From positions 42,381 through 74,380 of the forward strand of contig SHMX01000009.1 of NCBI GenBank assembly GCA_008080745.1: a stretch of 32,000 bases of DNA. The letters run 5' to 3'. The DNA comes from Candidatus Thorarchaeota archaeon. Its GTDB lineage: Archaea; Asgardarchaeota; Thorarchaeia; Thorarchaeales; Thorarchaeaceae. The notes under the pieces were generated by a model that did not search any database, had not been told where the DNA came from, and saw only the letters and a program-made list of their open reading frames with translations. The position numbers and the translations under genes were made by a program. How positions within the stretch are numbered: the first letter of the stretch is position 1; the number at the start of each line of letters is the position of its first letter. This document shows, one piece after another, positions 26,976 through 32,000 of the stretch.

Positions 26976-27686
26976 ATGACCCGATCTGATGGTAGAATGA
27001 ATGATGAACTTAGACCCGTTGTGATTTCACGAGAGTTCCTAAAGCATCCTGAAGGATCCGTTTTGATTAAGACAGGTGATACACAGGTAATCTGCACTGC
27101 AACTGTGGAGACCGATGTTCCTAGCTGGCTAAATGGTACCGGAAAAGGTTGGGTGACTGCAGAATATGGCATGTTACCCAGAGCAACTAACGACCGTACC
27201 AACCGATATCGGGTTAGTGGACGCAATCAAGAAATTCAAAGACTAATAGGACGTTCACTTCGAGCAGCAGTCAATCTATTTGAGCTTGGCGAGAACCAAA
27301 TCCGTATAGACTGTGATGTTATTCAGGCTGATGGAGGCACACGAACCGCTTCCATAACCGGAGCATACGTGGCATTATGTGATGCTCTTCAATATATGGT
27401 GGACTTGGATATTATTCAGGAACTGCCTCTTATTGGGCAAGTAGCTGCGGTCAGTGTTGGAGTAGTCGAGGATGAGAGCCTGCTTGATCTATGCTATATT
27501 GAAGATTCTTCTGCATCCGTGGATATGAACATCGTAATGCGTGATGATGAATATGTTGAAGTACAGGGGACAGGAGAGGATGGCACCTTTAATCGTGCTG
27601 CATTGGATGAACTACTTGACCTTGCAGAAAAGGGAATATTCGAGCTTCAGCAGCTACAGAAAGATGCATTATCCATTCAACTTTAA
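26976..27686 (+). CDS. rph: Ribonuclease PH, bacterial type
   Basis: [72 protein letters not shown] and EVQGTGE motifs. Confidence 0.95.
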   Translation: MTRSDGRMNDELRPVVISREFLKHPEGSVLIKTGDTQVICTATVETDVPSWLNGTGKGWVTAEYGMLPRATNDRTNRYRVSGRNQEIQRLIGRSLRAAVNLFELGENQIRIDCDVIQADGGTRTASITGAYVALCDALQYMVDLDIIQELPLIGQVAAVSVGVVEDESLLDLCYIEDSSASVDMNIVMRDDEYVEVQGTGEDGTFNRAALDELLDLAEKGIFELQQLQKDALSIQL

Positions 27687-27727
27687 TTACTCGAAAGAAT
27701 CAAATCATTGAGACCAGTACATAGTGT

Positions 27728-28120
27728 ATGGTCTGGTCTATTGATTCTCTAACAACCTCTGGCATCCTTTTTCTGATTGCACTTCTTCAATATGTTCTTG
27801 GTACCCTTATTCATGTAATGCAGAGAGCATATATTTCTCGACTGAATGGAACAGAGGTTGCTGTTAGTGTCCTTGGTTCAATGGCTAAATGGGCACGTGC
27901 AAGGAGTGATTCCGATATCACTCTACGGATATTATCTCTCTTGGGTTTGATCTTACTCCTTTCTTCGGTGCCTCTGGTTTCTTTTCTTATCCTATATCTC
28001 GGCCAATCGATTGATCTATTGTTGATCATTGCTTTTCTCGCTTGGATATTCTCTCTCGTTGGACTGGTCAGACGTTCTGTATCTGCCTTTCTTACGGTAC
28101 GAGGTCATCTTCCCAGCTGA
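27728..28120 (+). CDS. Hypothetical membrane protein (about 3 TM)
   Basis: 130-aa hydrophobic ORF downstream of rph. Confidence 0.65.
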   Translation: MVWSIDSLTTSGILFLIALLQYVLGTLIHVMQRAYISRLNGTEVAVSVLGSMAKWARARSDSDITLRILSLLGLILLLSSVPLVSFLILYLGQSIDLLLIIAFLAWIFSLVGLVRRSVSAFLTVRGHLPS

Positions 28121-28382
28121 ATTGGCATTTGTGTTACCTTTACAATGCTCTTGTGTTACTTTATTCATATATCATCTCCTAAATCGACGTCTTATACACC
28201 TCAAATCTATGGTCGCGACGCAAGCTTTATTTTGAAATAATACGCAGTTAGTTTGCTTGCATTGGTTAGAGAGGCCTTTTGCGACGTGGCATCTATTGCC
28301 GGCAAATTCGTCGTGGGGTTATTCTGGTTTAGCGCCAAACTGATGTTGGCTTATTACAAATCGGTCGTGACAGATAGCAACG

Positions 28383-28390
28383 TTTAAATT
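28383..28390 (+). promoter_or_regulatory. Candidate TATA box of the 23S rRNA transcript
   Basis: TTTAAATT immediately before the structured leader region. Confidence 0.5.
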
Positions 28391-28737
28391 GCTACTTCGG
28401 TTCGACCGACGAGCGCACACCTCTAATGATTTGTGTGCATGTCCAAAGACCCCGCTAGGGGCTCCGCCGAGAAGATCTATGTCACTTCTGTGACCCTGAT
28501 TCTTCGATGAGGGGATTCATCAGGACGGATCATATGCCGAGAGATCAAACACGCTTCATGCGGTTTCCTGATGGAGGACAAGTTGATGCATCGGCTCAGG
28601 TACCGTGCGTAATGCCATCTGTTTTTACAGATGTGTACCTCGTTCACTGAACGCAAAAAGAGTGCGTGCAAAGACTGCAGAGGATGATGATAAACATAAC
28701 ATACACAACTATGAAGTAGAAATGAAGTAGATACACT

Positions 28738-28770
28738 CCTTGGTAACAGGCAATACTGTGCCGGTTACAT
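28738..28770 (+). other. 5' arm of the pre-23S processing stem (pairs with 31891-31922; BHB-like)
   Basis: CCTTGGTAAC/GTTGCCAAGG, AGG/CCT, ACTG/CAGT and GGTTACAT/GTGTAACT complementarity with opposing 3-nt bulges. Confidence 0.8.
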
Positions 28771-28775
28771 GAGTA

Positions 28776-31887
<3,112 letters not shown>

Positions 31888-31890
31888 AAA

Positions 31891-31922
31891 GTGTAACTCG
31901 CCAGTACCTAGAGTTGCCAAGG
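31891..31922 (+). other. 3' arm of the pre-23S processing stem
   Basis: Complementary to 28738-28770. Confidence 0.8.
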
Positions 31923-32000
31923 GTAGAACGTGTAACTACGTGTTGTGCAAGTCATCATCTTCGCAGGCTATTTTGTTTTGCATTGCTTTTCTCTGATGAG

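Noticed and set aside
28129-28164. TTGTGTTAC repeated twice 22 nt apart, and a 50-codon antisense ORF with an AGGAGA RBS
   Set aside because: Only two short copies in AT-rich DNA, not a CRISPR array or iteron set; the ORF mostly overlaps the 130-aa membrane gene and has no motif support.
28399-28405. GGTTCGA tRNA T-loop-like motif
   Set aside because: No cloverleaf (acceptor, D or anticodon arms) can be formed around it; it is part of a short local hairpin.
28684-28690. ATGATGA resembling a C box of a C/D sRNA upstream of the 23S
   Set aside because: No matching downstream CTGA D box, and the segment 28675-28690 is explained by pairing with the 3' trailer (31952-31966) in the processing stem.

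Overview
Archaeal chromosomal window. It is most consistent with an Asgard archaeon, probably Thorarchaeia; this is inferred from the archaeal-type 23S rRNA unlinked from 16S, GGTGA/GGAGTGA ribosome-binding sites, frequent TTG/GTG starts, Mer/AfpA/geranylgeranyl reductase, ankyrin and WD40 proteins, and tandem double-Lrp regulators. It holds about 30 CDS: superoxide reductase, rubrerythrin-like protein, SufC/SufB-type (Sms) Fe-S scaffold, SerRS, Nth, MIG-type glycosylase, MFS and ECF-S transporters, nucleoside phosphorylase, GNAT, M28 peptidase and bacterial-type RNase PH. A complete 23S rRNA gene lies at about 28776-31887 with its processing stem. Most notable observations: (1) a 30-nt canonical bulge-helix-bulge intron in helix 89 of the 23S rRNA, next to the peptidyl transferase centre; (2) a stand-alone protein resembling only the WED/REC half of TnpB/Cas12f with no RuvC, apparently co-transcribed with a nucleotidyltransferase, sharing an identical 14-bp palindromic element at its start with RNase PH; (3) a threonine-synthase-fold protein lacking the PLP Schiff-base lysine, fused to a PadR-type HTH and divergent from an ECF S-component; (4) an unannotated small ORF with an in-frame TGA at a Cys position of a C-x3-C-x2-(TGA)-x5-C motif (possible selenoprotein or pseudogene); (5) an ES39-type 23S expansion and a Cys-rich insertion in SufC. 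No tRNA, CRISPR array or intact mobile element was seen. All family assignments come from motif recognition by eye, not database searches.
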